Shown in pieces: positions 21,079 through 30,282 of a stretch of DNA of 64,000 nt. Source of the stretch: Capsulimonadaceae bacterium. GTDB lineage: Bacteria > Armatimonadota > Armatimonadia > Armatimonadales > Capsulimonadaceae. Positions within the stretch are counted from its first letter, which is position 1. Each line of letters opens with the position of its first letter. The stretch covers positions 1,440,001 through 1,504,000 of the forward strand of contig OZ244065.1 of the NCBI GenBank assembly GCA_965215505.1, in the 5' to 3' direction. The notes under the pieces were generated by a model. The model was not told where the DNA came from, did not search any database, and saw only the letters and a list, made by a program, of their open reading frames with translations. Made by a program: the position numbers and the translations under genes.

Positions 21079-21100
21079 CTCGTGTTATAATAACACCGAG
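21079..21100 (+). promoter_or_regulatory. Extended -10 promoter inside an inverted repeat
   Basis: TGTTATAAT within GTGTTAT-A-ATAACAC; GAGG RBS and ATG 21110 follow. Confidence 0.55.
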
Positions 21101-21109
21101 GCGACAAAG

Positions 21110-22393
21110 ATGGTTTCTTCGGTCATGGAAGCGGATGAAGTGGACTCAGGCGGGGACGGTGTGGCGGCGGCGGCCTACCGGCTGACTAGCGACGGCGCGC
21201 TCCTGCGGGCGTATCCCTGGCAGGCAAGCCTCTACGAGAGGCTGTCCGACCCGGCGGGCGAACTGGGAGGCCTTTTGCCCGCCCCCACCGGCGCGGGCAA
21301 GGTCGAGGCGGTCGTCATCCCGGCCCTGGGCCTGCATCGGGGCGGCGCACCGCGCCGCCTGTTCCTGATCGGGCCGGACGGCTCGCCCCTGGACGATTAT
21401 CTGTACCGACTCGTGCCGTACCTGAAGGCGTTCGTCCAGGCCGACGAGACGCCCCGGACGGTGTGCCTTGACCTGAACGAAGATGAGGCGCAGGGGAACG
21501 AGTGCCGCCGCTTCTTCCCCGACGGGTCGGAGGACCCGCACGTCGTCACCAATCCCCTGGAAACCGACGTGGACCTGATCCTGACCACGTTCTCGCGGTT
21601 CGGGGAACTGTTCTTCGGCAGCGGCGGCGTCCACGCCCTGCCCACCGCCCTCCTCGGCCCCCAGGAGGACCAGCCGCGCCGCGACCTATTCTTCTTCGAC
21701 GAGGCGCACGGCTACGGCGACGCCTTCGCCCGCTTCCACCGGCTGGTCGAGTTCCTGTTCGCGCAGGATTTAGACGTCCTGGTCGCCACCAGCACCATGC
21801 CGGCCGCCCTCCGGGAAGAACTCGGCTTCCTGGACCTCCTGCCCGGCGGCGACGGCCGCCCCGCGCCCGTCCGCACCCTCGCGTACAAATCTTCTTCGGA
21901 CCCGCTGGCCCTCATCGAGTCCGAGATCCGCCGCGCCTACTACCAGAACTCGCGCGTCTTCGGCGTCTTCGAGACGCCCGAGGACGCCGAAACCCTGCTC
22001 GCCCGCCTCGCCCCCGCCTACCCGCACTCCGTCTACGCCTACCACCCGAGCCAGCCCGCCGAGACGCGCCGCCGCACCTACGCCCAGCTCCGCGAACTCG
22101 AAAAGGAGGGCGAGGGCTACCTGCTGCTGACGACCGGGGCGGCACTGGAGTCGAGCGACCTGGACGCCACGGTCCTGCTGTCCACCCTCTGCCCCCCCGA
22201 GAACCTGATCCGCCGCGCGGGCCGCGTCAACCGCCGGGGCGACCTCCCCTCCGCCCAGATCGTCCTCGTCGGCGACGACTTCGCGCCCGATTCGCGCCCC
22301 CTGGACCCCTCCCAGGCCGCCGACTACCTCAGCGCCCTGCGCGCCCAGGCCGAACTGCCCTTCGACGCCGAGTTCTGGAAGGCGTTCATCTAA
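21110..22393 (+). CDS. Stand-alone Cas3'-like SF2 helicase (no HD domain, altered motifs)
   Basis: YPWQ, APTGAGKVEA, LILTT, FFFDEAHGY, ATSTMP, YH, LLTT...DLDA, LCPPENLIRRAGRVNRRG. Confidence 0.78.
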   Translation: MVSSVMEADEVDSGGDGVAAAAYRLTSDGALLRAYPWQASLYERLSDPAGELGGLLPAPTGAGKVEAVVIPALGLHRGGAPRRLFLIGPDGSPLDDYLYRLVPYLKAFVQADETPRTVCLDLNEDEAQGNECRRFFPDGSEDPHVVTNPLETDVDLILTTFSRFGELFFGSGGVHALPTALLGPQEDQPRRDLFFFDEAHGYGDAFARFHRLVEFLFAQDLDVLVATSTMPAALREELGFLDLLPGGDGRPAPVRTLAYKSSSDPLALIESEIRRAYYQNSRVFGVFETPEDAETLLARLAPAYPHSVYAYHPSQPAETRRRTYAQLRELEKEGEGYLLLTTGAALESSDLDATVLLSTLCPPENLIRRAGRVNRRGDLPSAQIVLVGDDFAPDSRPLDPSQAADYLSALRAQAELPFDAEFWKAFI

Positions 22394-22398
22394 AACAC

Positions 22399-22827
22399 AT
22401 GGAAGACCTGATCTATCAGTCTGAAGTCCCTTACGACCTTGCCGCCGTGGAGGACGCCGCGCGCTCCTGCGGCTACGCCCCGCACCGCCACGAGGTCGCG
22501 GGCGTGGCATTCCTCGACATCGCCGTCACACCCCCGCCCTACCCGAAGACCTGGCAGTGGGTGAAGGCCAGCCGGGAAACCGTCAACACCCTCGTCCGCC
22601 GCGACCCCGAAGCGATGGTGCAGCACGCCTCCGGGACTGCCTACGTCGTTGACTTCCCCACCTCCACCCTGCCCGAACTCGCCGCATTCCTGAAACGCCT
22701 CCTGCTCGCCTACGGCGGCTGGGTCGGCCTGGAAGACGACGCGGCGGAAGACGAGCCGGTGGCCGTGTACAGCGCGGCGGACGTAGAAACGATAGTAGAA
22801 CACCCGCTGTTTGCTCTGGCCTCGTAG
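22399..22827 (+). CDS. Hypothetical protein (142 aa) directly after the Cas3-like gene
   Basis: ATG 5 nt after the upstream stop; high GC3. Confidence 0.7.
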   Translation: MEDLIYQSEVPYDLAAVEDAARSCGYAPHRHEVAGVAFLDIAVTPPPYPKTWQWVKASRETVNTLVRRDPEAMVQHASGTAYVVDFPTSTLPELAAFLKRLLLAYGGWVGLEDDAAEDEPVAVYSAADVETIVEHPLFALAS

Positions 22828-22870
22828 ACCTCCCAGGGGCACTTGTCGGGGACGGCTAGGACACAGAGAA

Positions 22871-22950
22871 GAGGGCGGGGACAAGCCCCGCCCCTACACA
22901 GATGGCTTTCCATGGCGTCCCGTAGGGGTAGGGCTTGTCCCTACCCCCTT
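22871..22950. repeat. GTAG-type REP doublet (family A)
   Basis: GAGGGCGGGGACAAGCCCCGCCCCTAC...GTAGGGGTAGGGCTTGTCCCTACCCC; spacer shares GATGGCTT with the 11763 copy. Confidence 0.85.
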
Positions 22951-22955
22951 CTTCT

Positions 22956-23010
22956 GTCCCCTGGACAGGTCCGGCGACAGCGAGTGATTTCAATCACTCG
23001 TCCTCGTCCC
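22956..23010 (+). repeat. Family-B palindromic element, single arm
   Basis: GTCCCCTGGACAGGTCCGGCGACAGCGAGTGATTTCAATCACTCGTCC. Confidence 0.8.
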
Positions 23011-23253
23011 TCACGGCGGCTGCCTTCAGAGTTCGCTTCCCACATCCCTCACCAGCAGACCTATTCGCAGCGTGACGATGCCGCCGTCCGGGTGACGGAC
23101 GCGCATGGCATGACCGGCATGGGTCGGCGTGTCCGCGACGACCCATTCGCCGAAATCAGGATGGATCGCCAGGCCGCGCCCGACCTGCTCCGGCCATTGT
23201 ACCACACCCCCACATTCCGGGTATAAACGCCCTCAGAAAGAGAGAGTTTCTGA

Positions 23254-24255
23254 ATGCGTTTAGGGTTTGCGGTCAAAGTCATCGGGCACGGCGGGAACCT
23301 CGCCACGATTCCCGCCGAGGCGGGGATGCCGTCCAACGACGCGCGGCGGTGGCAGAGCGGGCCGCATGTGCGTCAATCCATCGAGTACGTCCGGGAGATC
23401 TTCCACTATCTGCACAAGGCGGACATCCACATGTACCGGATGTCCTCGGACTTCGCCCCCTACCTCACCCACCCGGACATGCCGCAGTTCCACAACCAGT
23501 TAGAGGAGGCGAAGGACGAGCTGGCCGACCTCGGGGCGCTGGCGCGCGACTACGACATCCGCCTCAGCCTGCACCCGTCGCAATACATCCTGCTCAACGC
23601 CCAGGACGACGAGGTGGCCCGCAAGAGCATCGTGGACCTGAACGCGCAGGCGAAGCTGCTGGACGCGATGGGCTGCGGGCCGGAGGCCGTCGTCGTCACC
23701 CATGTCGGCGGGGTCTACGGCGAGCGCGAGGAGAGCCTGGCGCGCTTCATCCGGCGCTACAAAGAGCTGCCCGAGGAGACGAAGCGGCGGCTCGTCGTGG
23801 AGAACGACGACGTTTCTTACGCCGTCACGGACACCCTGCGCGTCCACGAGGCGACCGGCTGCCCACTCGTCTTCGACAACCTGCACCACTTCTGCTTTAA
23901 CCCGGAGGGCCTGCCGATGCGCGACGCGCTGGCATCGGCCCTGGCGACATGGCCCGAGGGCGTCACCCCGAAGATCCATTATTCGTCGCCCTCCACCGAC
24001 TTTGAAACCAGCGTGGAGAAGGAGAAGGGCGCGACCGGGCGCGACCGGACCGTCACAAAGCTGCACTCGCCCAGGCTCAAGGCGCACGCGGACTTCATCA
24101 ACCCGATGGAGTTCGTTCAGTTCTGGGAGGCGGTTGGGGCGGACGGCCTGCGACCCTTCGACATCATGCTGGAGGCGAAGGCGAAAGACGTGGCCCTCCT
24201 GCGCCTGCGGCGGGAACTCGCGCGCCAGAAAGAGCGTCCTATCAACGCCGGATGA
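23254..24255 (+). CDS. uvsE: UV DNA damage repair endonuclease UvsE
   Basis: MRLGFA, YRMSSD, RLSLHP.QY, HVGG, LVVENDD, FDNLHH, PKIHYSS, HADF, DIMLEAKAKD. Confidence 0.95.
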   Translation: MRLGFAVKVIGHGGNLATIPAEAGMPSNDARRWQSGPHVRQSIEYVREIFHYLHKADIHMYRMSSDFAPYLTHPDMPQFHNQLEEAKDELADLGALARDYDIRLSLHPSQYILLNAQDDEVARKSIVDLNAQAKLLDAMGCGPEAVVVTHVGGVYGEREESLARFIRRYKELPEETKRRLVVENDDVSYAVTDTLRVHEATGCPLVFDNLHHFCFNPEGLPMRDALASALATWPEGVTPKIHYSSPSTDFETSVEKEKGATGRDRTVTKLHSPRLKAHADFINPMEFVQFWEAVGADGLRPFDIMLEAKAKDVALLRLRRELARQKERPINAG

Positions 24256-24299
24256 CGGGCGAAGAAAAAATTACAGGCGGCGGCGGAAGACGCCATAAT

Positions 24300-24310
24300 G
24301 TGTTATAATA
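24300..24310 (+). promoter_or_regulatory. Extended -10 promoter element
   Basis: GTGTTATAATA about 125 nt upstream of ATG 24436. Confidence 0.45.
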
Positions 24311-24435
24311 GCGGTGTACATCATGCATACGAGATGCCTCCAAACAGCCCCGCACGGTCTTCGCTTATCATTCCCGCCGGTGCGCCCCGTCTCCGTTGGC
24401 ACGGGCACCGGCAATACTACCGGGAGGTGGACACT

Positions 24436-24801
24436 ATGAGTAACATGCGGACGTCGATCAAGTGCAACTGCGGCCAGCGCGTCATCGCCAAGGACGTGGT
24501 CCAGCACGGGTACTATCTGCGCCTCTTCGGTCCGAGCTTCGTCTACGTCAAGTTCCGCTGCTCGCGCTGCAAGAAGCTCGGCGAGCAGTTCATCAAGCAG
24601 GAGGAATGGGAAGAGGGCATCCTCAAGGACACCGCCGTGGAGGTTTCGCACGGCGAGAGCGAGCAGTTCATCGTTCAAGGCCCGATTGACATCAACGAAG
24701 TCATCAATTTCCACTTTGAACTGGAGAAGATGCCCGATCTGAAATCATTGGGGGCGCCGCTGCCGCCCAAGAAGCAGAAGTCCCGTTCCACGCCGCACTA
24801 G
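24436..24801 (+). CDS. Small zinc-ribbon protein of unknown function
   Basis: GGAGGT RBS; CNCG and CSRC cysteine pairs; high GC3. Confidence 0.8.
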   Translation: MSNMRTSIKCNCGQRVIAKDVVQHGYYLRLFGPSFVYVKFRCSRCKKLGEQFIKQEEWEEGILKDTAVEVSHGESEQFIVQGPIDINEVINFHFELEKMPDLKSLGAPLPPKKQKSRSTPH

Positions 24802-24852
24802 CGGCCTTTTCCATCATCAGGTCTATTGTCAGGTCCATCGTCAGACATCTAC

Positions 24853-24887
24853 GCCGGAGCCGGGGGTTCGCCCCGCTCCGGCCTTTT
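24853..24887 (+). terminator. Intrinsic terminator
   Basis: GCCGGAGC...GCTCCGGC stem followed by CTTTT. Confidence 0.55.
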
Positions 24888-24919
24888 CGTGTCATTAGGG
24901 GTACACCATGACGGGGGTA

Positions 24920-24949
24920 TTGCAAAAAAGGCCCCGGAAAGCGTAAACT
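24920..24949 (+). promoter_or_regulatory. sigma70 promoter of gatC, probably giving a leaderless mRNA
   Basis: TTGCAA-N18-TAAACT, 6 nt before the ATG, no SD. Confidence 0.55.
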
Positions 24950-24955
24950 GTCTCC

Positions 24956-25252
24956 ATGGCTGATCAACTGACACTCGACGAAGTCTCCCGCGTCGCCTTC
25001 CTCGCCCGCCTGGAGCTTTCCGGGGACGAGAAAGCGCGGCTGACCACGGACCTGAACGGCATCCTGAGCCAGTTCGCCCGCTTGCAGGAACTGGACACCG
25101 AGGGCGTGCCACCGACCTCGCACTCGCTCCCCTTGCAGAACGTCTTCCGCGAAGACGAAGTGCGCCCCTCGTTGCCGCGCGAGGCGGCGACCGCGAACGC
25201 CCCCGAGAAGCGCGACGGCAACTTCATCGTGCCCCAGATCATGGAAGAGTAG
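24956..25252 (+). CDS. gatC: Asp/Glu-tRNA amidotransferase subunit C
   Basis: [27 protein letters not shown]. Confidence 0.95.
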   Translation: MADQLTLDEVSRVAFLARLELSGDEKARLTTDLNGILSQFARLQELDTEGVPPTSHSLPLQNVFREDEVRPSLPREAATANAPEKRDGNFIVPQIMEE

Positions 25253-25263
25253 GAAAGATCAGC

Positions 25264-26745
25264 ATGGAACTCTACGAACTGACCGCCCATGAGCTAGCCG
25301 CAAAGCTTGCTTCCCGCGACGTTTCCGCCCGCGAGGTCACCGACGCCGTTTTAGACCGCATCGGCGAGGTCGAGGGCCACGTCAAGGCTTACGTCACCGT
25401 CACCGAGGCTGTCGCCCAGGCGCAGGCCGACGCCGTAGATTCCGCCCGCGCGCGCGGCGAGGCGCTGTCGCCCCTGGCAGGCATCCCCATCGCTTTGAAG
25501 GACAACCTCTGCACCCTGGGGACCGAGACGACCTGCTCGTCGCGCATCCTCAAAGGCTTCGTGCCGCCCTACAGCGCCACCGTCGTGGACAGGCTGCAAG
25601 CATCGGGCGGCGTCTTCGTCGGCAAGGCCAACCTCGACGAGTTCGCGATGGGGTCCAGCACCGAGAACTCCGCTTTCGGGGCCTCGCACAACCCGTGGGA
25701 CCTTCGCACCGTGCCGGGCGGCTCGTCCGGCGGCTCCACCGCCGCTGTCGCGGCAGGCGAAGCGGTCTGGGCGCTCGGCTCGGACACCGGTGGCAGCATC
25801 CGGCAGCCCGCCGCCTTCTGCGGCGTCGTCGGCCTGAAGCCCACCTATGGCCGCGTCTCCCGCTACGGCCTGATCGCCTTCGCCTCGTCGCTCGACCAGA
25901 TCGGCCCGATCACCCGCGATGTCCGCGACGCCGCCCTGCTGCTTACTGCCATCAGCGGCCATGACCCGCTGGACAGCACCAGCATCATCCGCGACGTGCC
26001 CGACTACACGAAGTCCCTGACCGGCGACGTCAAGGGCATGAAGCTCGGCGTCCCCAAAGAATACTTCGCCCAGGGTGTCCAGCCCGCCGTCGCCGAGGCG
26101 GTCCGCGCCGCCATCGACGTGCTGGTGTCCCACGGGGCGGTCGCCGAGGAGATCAGCCTGCCCCACTCCGAGTACGCCCTGCCGACCTACTACATCCTGG
26201 CCCCCGCCGAAGCCTCCTCCAACCTGGCCCGCTACGACGGCGTCCGCTTCGGCCACCGGACGGCCCGCGCGACCAGCCATGTGGACCTATTCGAAAAGTC
26301 GCGCGAGGAGGGCTTCGGGCCGGAAGTCAAGCAGCGCATCATGATCGGCACCTACGCCCTGTCGGCGGGCTACTATGACGCCTTCTACCTCAAGGCCCAG
26401 CAGGTCCGCACCCTCATCAAACGCGACTTCGACCGGGCCTTCGAAAAGTACGACGCCATCATCGCCCCGACCGCCCCGACCGTCGCCTTCAAGCTGGGCG
26501 AGGTGTCCGACCCGCTGGCGATGAAGCTCAACGACGTCCTGACCATCCCCGCCAACATGGCCGGCATCCCGGCGATCTCGCTCCCCTGCGGCTTCTCGCA
26601 CGGCCTACCCATCGGCCTCCAGCTCATGGCCCCCGCCTTCGGCGAGGAGACGCTTTTCCGCGTCGCCCACGCCTACGAGCAGGCGACCGAATGGCACCGA
26701 CAGCGGCCCATCATCGAGCGGGCCAACCACCTGCACGTCGAGTAG
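25264..26745 (+). CDS. gatA: Asp/Glu-tRNA amidotransferase subunit A
   Basis: Amidase signature [42 protein letters not shown]. Confidence 0.97.
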   Translation: MELYELTAHELAAKLASRDVSAREVTDAVLDRIGEVEGHVKAYVTVTEAVAQAQADAVDSARARGEALSPLAGIPIALKDNLCTLGTETTCSSRILKGFVPPYSATVVDRLQASGGVFVGKANLDEFAMGSSTENSAFGASHNPWDLRTVPGGSSGGSTAAVAAGEAVWALGSDTGGSIRQPAAFCGVVGLKPTYGRVSRYGLIAFASSLDQIGPITRDVRDAALLLTAISGHDPLDSTSIIRDVPDYTKSLTGDVKGMKLGVPKEYFAQGVQPAVAEAVRAAIDVLVSHGAVAEEISLPHSEYALPTYYILAPAEASSNLARYDGVRFGHRTARATSHVDLFEKSREEGFGPEVKQRIMIGTYALSAGYYDAFYLKAQQVRTLIKRDFDRAFEKYDAIIAPTAPTVAFKLGEVSDPLAMKLNDVLTIPANMAGIPAISLPCGFSHGLPIGLQLMAPAFGEETLFRVAHAYEQATEWHRQRPIIERANHLHVE

Positions 26746-26825
26746 CATCGTGGTGTGCTGGAAGCAGCCAGAACCGTCAGCGGCGTGGAGATGGATTGGC
26801 TGTGAGCAGAGGAGGAGAGTAACAG

Positions 26826-27242
26826 GTGCCTTCAAAGAAAGACTTAGATCGCTACCGTGGTGAGATCGGGGAATCGATTGTTGCTTATGAACTCCTAAAA
26901 CGCAACTGGAACGTCATGAAGAACTTGGGCGGTCACGGCTATGACCTGCTGGCAATCAGCAATGATGCCCGTATCACACGACGCATTGAGGTGAAGACAA
27001 CCGACCCGGAACTAAAGACCGGTGCCTTCAGAGGCCAGCTAACAGTTCTCCTTACTGAGTCGGAGCTTGCGGCAGCCGACTTTTTTGTCTTCTACATCCA
27101 CGGGCATGAAGCATTTTTTGTCATCCCCAGGTCGGCTTACCCAGCAAGCCGCTCCGTTACCGTCAATGTAGGTAGGGATCGCAAGATAGCAGCGGGCACC
27201 GCGTATCAACCTTACCGCAACAAGTGGGATGAGCTGGACTAG
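26826..27242 (+). CDS. Small PD-(D/E)XK nuclease-fold protein
   Basis: GEIGE...L...W.V, GYDLLA, IEVKT; strong GAGGAGG RBS; lower GC than the flanks. Confidence 0.72.
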   Translation: MPSKKDLDRYRGEIGESIVAYELLKRNWNVMKNLGGHGYDLLAISNDARITRRIEVKTTDPELKTGAFRGQLTVLLTESELAAADFFVFYIHGHEAFFVIPRSAYPASRSVTVNVGRDRKIAAGTAYQPYRNKWDELD

Positions 27243-27266
27243 ACCTTCTTTAGTTGGGCAACCACG

Positions 27267-27554
27267 ATGACACTCACACTAGAACTCACGCCTGAACAAG
27301 AGCAGCGTATAGAGGCGGGAGCCAAACGCCGGAACATGGATGCGGCGAGCTACGCCAAAGCTTTGCTCTTTGAAGAAGAGCAAGGCTATAGGAGCCAAGT
27401 TCCCGCGCAGGCCGCCGAAGAACAGTGGAGCGGGGCGGATTTAGTCGCATATTGGGAGCGGGAGGGTCTGATCGGCACCCGCCCCTACATCCAGGACAGC
27501 CTGGAACACGCATGGGCGATCCGCCGCAGGGCCGAGAGGCGTACCCGCGCATAA
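27267..27554 (+). CDS. Orphan antitoxin-like protein
   Basis: MTLTLELTPEQEQRI...A...Y N-terminus resembling RHH-type antitoxins; no toxin follows. Confidence 0.6.
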   Translation: MTLTLELTPEQEQRIEAGAKRRNMDAASYAKALLFEEEQGYRSQVPAQAAEEQWSGADLVAYWEREGLIGTRPYIQDSLEHAWAIRRRAERRTRA

Positions 27555-27621
27555 CGTCGAGCACTACAGAAGCGTCGCGGGGCTGGTCACGGAGCAGCCG
27601 TACAAACGATAGACCGGTTCT

Positions 27622-28584
27622 ATGACCGACGAAACGACAGCCTTCTCGGCGGCGGGGATGCCTCGCCCCCCCCTCGGGCGGCGGCTCCGGAACGCCCCCG
27701 TGACCCACATCCTGGCCTTCATGGGCCTGGCGCTCCTGTTCCTGCTCGGGACCGGCCTTCTGGCGAAGGCCGCGCTGATGCTCGTGGCCCGGCACTCGCC
27801 CCTGTCCGGCGAGGCCGCGACGGCGCTAGGGTATGCCTGCGCGGCGGCGGCGACCCTCCTGGCCTACGTCGTCATGGTGCGGCGGGTTGACCGCCGCTCG
27901 CTCGGCTCGGCGGGGCTGACCGCGCGCGGGCTGTTCTCCGAGACGGGGATCGGGCTGCTGCTCGGCGGCGGCGTCTTCTCCGCCGTCATGGGCATGATGC
28001 GGGCCGTCGGCCTCTACCACGTCGCCGGCATCAACCCGCATTTCCGCCCCGTCGTCCCGCTGCTGCTGTTTCTCTTCATGGCCGTCTTCCAGGAGGTGGC
28101 CGTGCGCGGGTACATTTTCCAGACCCTGGAGCGGCGCTGGGGGACGGGCATCGCAGTGGCCGGCTCGGCGGCCTTCTTCGGGCTGGCCCACCTGGGCAGC
28201 CCCGTGGAGGGGCTGACGACCGTGCAGTGGCTGGTCGGCCCGGCCTTCATCGGGGTCGAGACGGGCCTGCTGTTCACTGCGGCCTACCTGCTGACCCGCC
28301 GCTTGTGGCTGCCCATCGGCATCCATTGGGGCTGGAACTTCTTTGAAAGCTCCATCTACGGGGCCGCCAACACCGGCTCCTGGGGCGACAATCCGAACAC
28401 GCTGTTCGCGGACCGCTTCACCGGGCCGTTCCTCCTGACCGGCGGCCCGTTCGGGCCGGAGGCCAGCCTGGTCTGCCTGGCCATCGGCGGCTACGCCGGC
28501 CTGCTCCTGCTGCGCCTCGCCATCCGCAAGGGCCAGTGGCGGGCGGCAGGTCAGCCGCCCGAAACCGCAGGGGGACTAAGATGA
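27622..28584 (+). CDS. CPBP (CAAX/Abi) family intramembrane metalloprotease
   Basis: QE...RGY (EE variant), FGLAH, IGIH.GWN, GG.FGPEAS; multiple TM helices. Confidence 0.88.
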   Translation: MTDETTAFSAAGMPRPPLGRRLRNAPVTHILAFMGLALLFLLGTGLLAKAALMLVARHSPLSGEAATALGYACAAAATLLAYVVMVRRVDRRSLGSAGLTARGLFSETGIGLLLGGGVFSAVMGMMRAVGLYHVAGINPHFRPVVPLLLFLFMAVFQEVAVRGYIFQTLERRWGTGIAVAGSAAFFGLAHLGSPVEGLTTVQWLVGPAFIGVETGLLFTAAYLLTRRLWLPIGIHWGWNFFESSIYGAANTGSWGDNPNTLFADRFTGPFLLTGGPFGPEASLVCLAIGGYAGLLLLRLAIRKGQWRAAGQPPETAGGLR

Positions 28585-29378
28585 AGACACTCATTGTTGC
28601 CCTGGCCGTTCTCGCCTCCTTCCCGGCGGCCCACGCGCAGGCACCGGCGGAGGGGCGGATGGTGCAAGTCACGGCCCCATCCTGGCACACGGGCCAATCT
28701 TGGAGTGTTCAGACGCCGCTGCTGCAAGGCGGGGTGCAGATGGGGCGGCCAGAAGGCGGGGTGCAGTCACCGCCGCGCGACTCCCCGACGGCGTTCACGA
28801 CCTACAAGTTTCAAGTCGTGGGACGGCGGACCTTGCGCTATGAGGAGCAGGACGGCAGCGCGCACATCGGTCAGGCCGTGCCGCCCGAGGACTGCTGGCT
28901 AGTCGGCGTCACGGCCGGCCCTCAGTCCTCTGCTTACCCTGTTACTTCATACCACCTCTATTTCCGTGGTGACGACCTCTCCTTGCGCGAGGTCCACCTC
29001 ATCCTCCGCAACGGTCGCGGCGGCTATTTCATGTACAGCGGTACGCGCGTCAGCAACGACGATGAGGCGAAAGCGGCCCTCGTGGTGGACCGCGCGCCTT
29101 ACTGCAACTCGATGGAACCATTCTTGATGGACTGGCCCCGCTTCCCGCTCACCGTCGGCAGCGACGGCGCGGGAGAAAAGAGGGTGTCACATGAGACCGT
29201 CACTCAGACCGGGACGGCAGAGGGAGCGGGCATCAGGGTGGTCCTCCAAACCAGCCGGGAGACCGCGACCCAGACTTGGCTGCCCGGCGACCCCTGGTGG
29301 CGCTCTGCGGAACGGGACGGGCTGAGAAAGTCACGCCTGATTTTAGGCGAGCAACGGCCCGCACATCAGGTAGAATGA
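28581..29378 (+). CDS. Secreted hypothetical protein
   Basis: MKTLIVALAVLASFPAAHA signal peptide; ATGA overlap. Confidence 0.72.
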   Translation: MKTLIVALAVLASFPAAHAQAPAEGRMVQVTAPSWHTGQSWSVQTPLLQGGVQMGRPEGGVQSPPRDSPTAFTTYKFQVVGRRTLRYEEQDGSAHIGQAVPPEDCWLVGVTAGPQSSAYPVTSYHLYFRGDDLSLREVHLILRNGRGGYFMYSGTRVSNDDEAKAALVVDRAPYCNSMEPFLMDWPRFPLTVGSDGAGEKRVSHETVTQTGTAEGAGIRVVLQTSRETATQTWLPGDPWWRSAERDGLRKSRLILGEQRPAHQVE

Positions 29379-29383
29379 AGGCC

Positions 29384-29821
29384 ATGAGTACCAAGACGGC
29401 AGCGCGAACAGAAGTAGACCCGGCACTCCGACAGGAATGGCTCGACACAATGACGGGGCTGAAAAATCAGATTAAGGCATGGGCGGATCAGGAGCCTGAC
29501 TGGACCTTCACGGCTCAGGAAGAGCATAAGATCGAAGAAGCCGCATTGGGTGAATACCCCATCACCGTGTGGAAGCTACAGACGCCCGACGGGGAGGTCC
29601 GCCTGGAGCCTATCGCCCGCAACTATCCTGGGCGCGGCATCGTGGAGCTTTACGCTTGGCCCTCCCTGCGGCGCGTTCACCTGCTGCATGGCGGGAGCGA
29701 GGATGACTGGCGGGTGCGCGTGGACTCTGGCTTTAACCTGCGTCAGCCCTGGGACCGTGAGCATTTCATCACGCTGGTACGGGACCTCATCGGCGCGGAA
29801 GATCTGCTCACCATCGGATGA
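29384..29821 (+). CDS. Hypothetical protein coupled to a HEPN gene
   Basis: Start ATG 29384 or 29375; ATGA overlap with the next gene. Confidence 0.72.
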   Translation: MSTKTAARTEVDPALRQEWLDTMTGLKNQIKAWADQEPDWTFTAQEEHKIEEAALGEYPITVWKLQTPDGEVRLEPIARNYPGRGIVELYAWPSLRRVHLLHGGSEDDWRVRVDSGFNLRQPWDREHFITLVRDLIGAEDLLTIG

Positions 29822-30282
29822 GTGATCTTTACATCCAGCGCCTCCGGAGTGTGCAGACGGAACTGGCCGCAGTGCGTGCGGCTCTGGCCTGCGTCGAGCG
29901 CAACTGGCAGAGGCAAGGTATTTACCTGGACATCAGGGTGCTGACGCCGGCCGACTTCATTCAAGCCGCCCGCCGCGCGGAGGCGGCGTACTTCATCCGG
30001 CTTTACGCCGAGTTTGAGGGCATACTGAAGGACCATCTTGCGACAAACCATCCGCAGGTCCCTGTACCCGACAAGCCGAAGGTAGACTGGCTGATTACTC
30101 GAATGATACAGGTGGAAGGGCTGGCTGTCGGGCCGCCGCTGCGCCGGAAGATGGACGCCGTGCGTGACTACCGCAACCTGATCGCTCATCGCCAGGCGCG
30201 CTCTACGGCGTTCGTCCTGTTCGATGACGCCCTTTCCGTCCTGAACACGTTCCTCGCGAAACTGCCGGAGCCTTATGTGTGA
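29818..30282 (+). CDS. HEPN-domain putative RNase
   Basis: IRLYAEFE and RNLIAH (Rx4H); all-helical character. Confidence 0.7.
   Translation: MSDLYIQRLRSVQTELAAVRAALACVERNWQRQGIYLDIRVLTPADFIQAARRAEAAYFIRLYAEFEGILKDHLATNHPQVPVPDKPKVDWLITRMIQVEGLAVGPPLRRKMDAVRDYRNLIAHRQARSTAFVLFDDALSVLNTFLAKLPEPYV

Noticed and set aside
21502-22398. Long N-terminal extension of the 22399 gene
   Set aside because: Arg/Pro-rich shadow frame of the Cas3-like gene.
23026-23205. Minus-strand ORF of about 59 codons (VVQWPEQVGRGLAIHPDFGEW...)
   Set aside because: No clear SD or motif; cannot be supported without homology.
22828-23250. Mini CRISPR array downstream of the Cas3-like gene
   Set aside because: The repeats are inverted REP-like elements also found elsewhere, not direct repeats with spacers.
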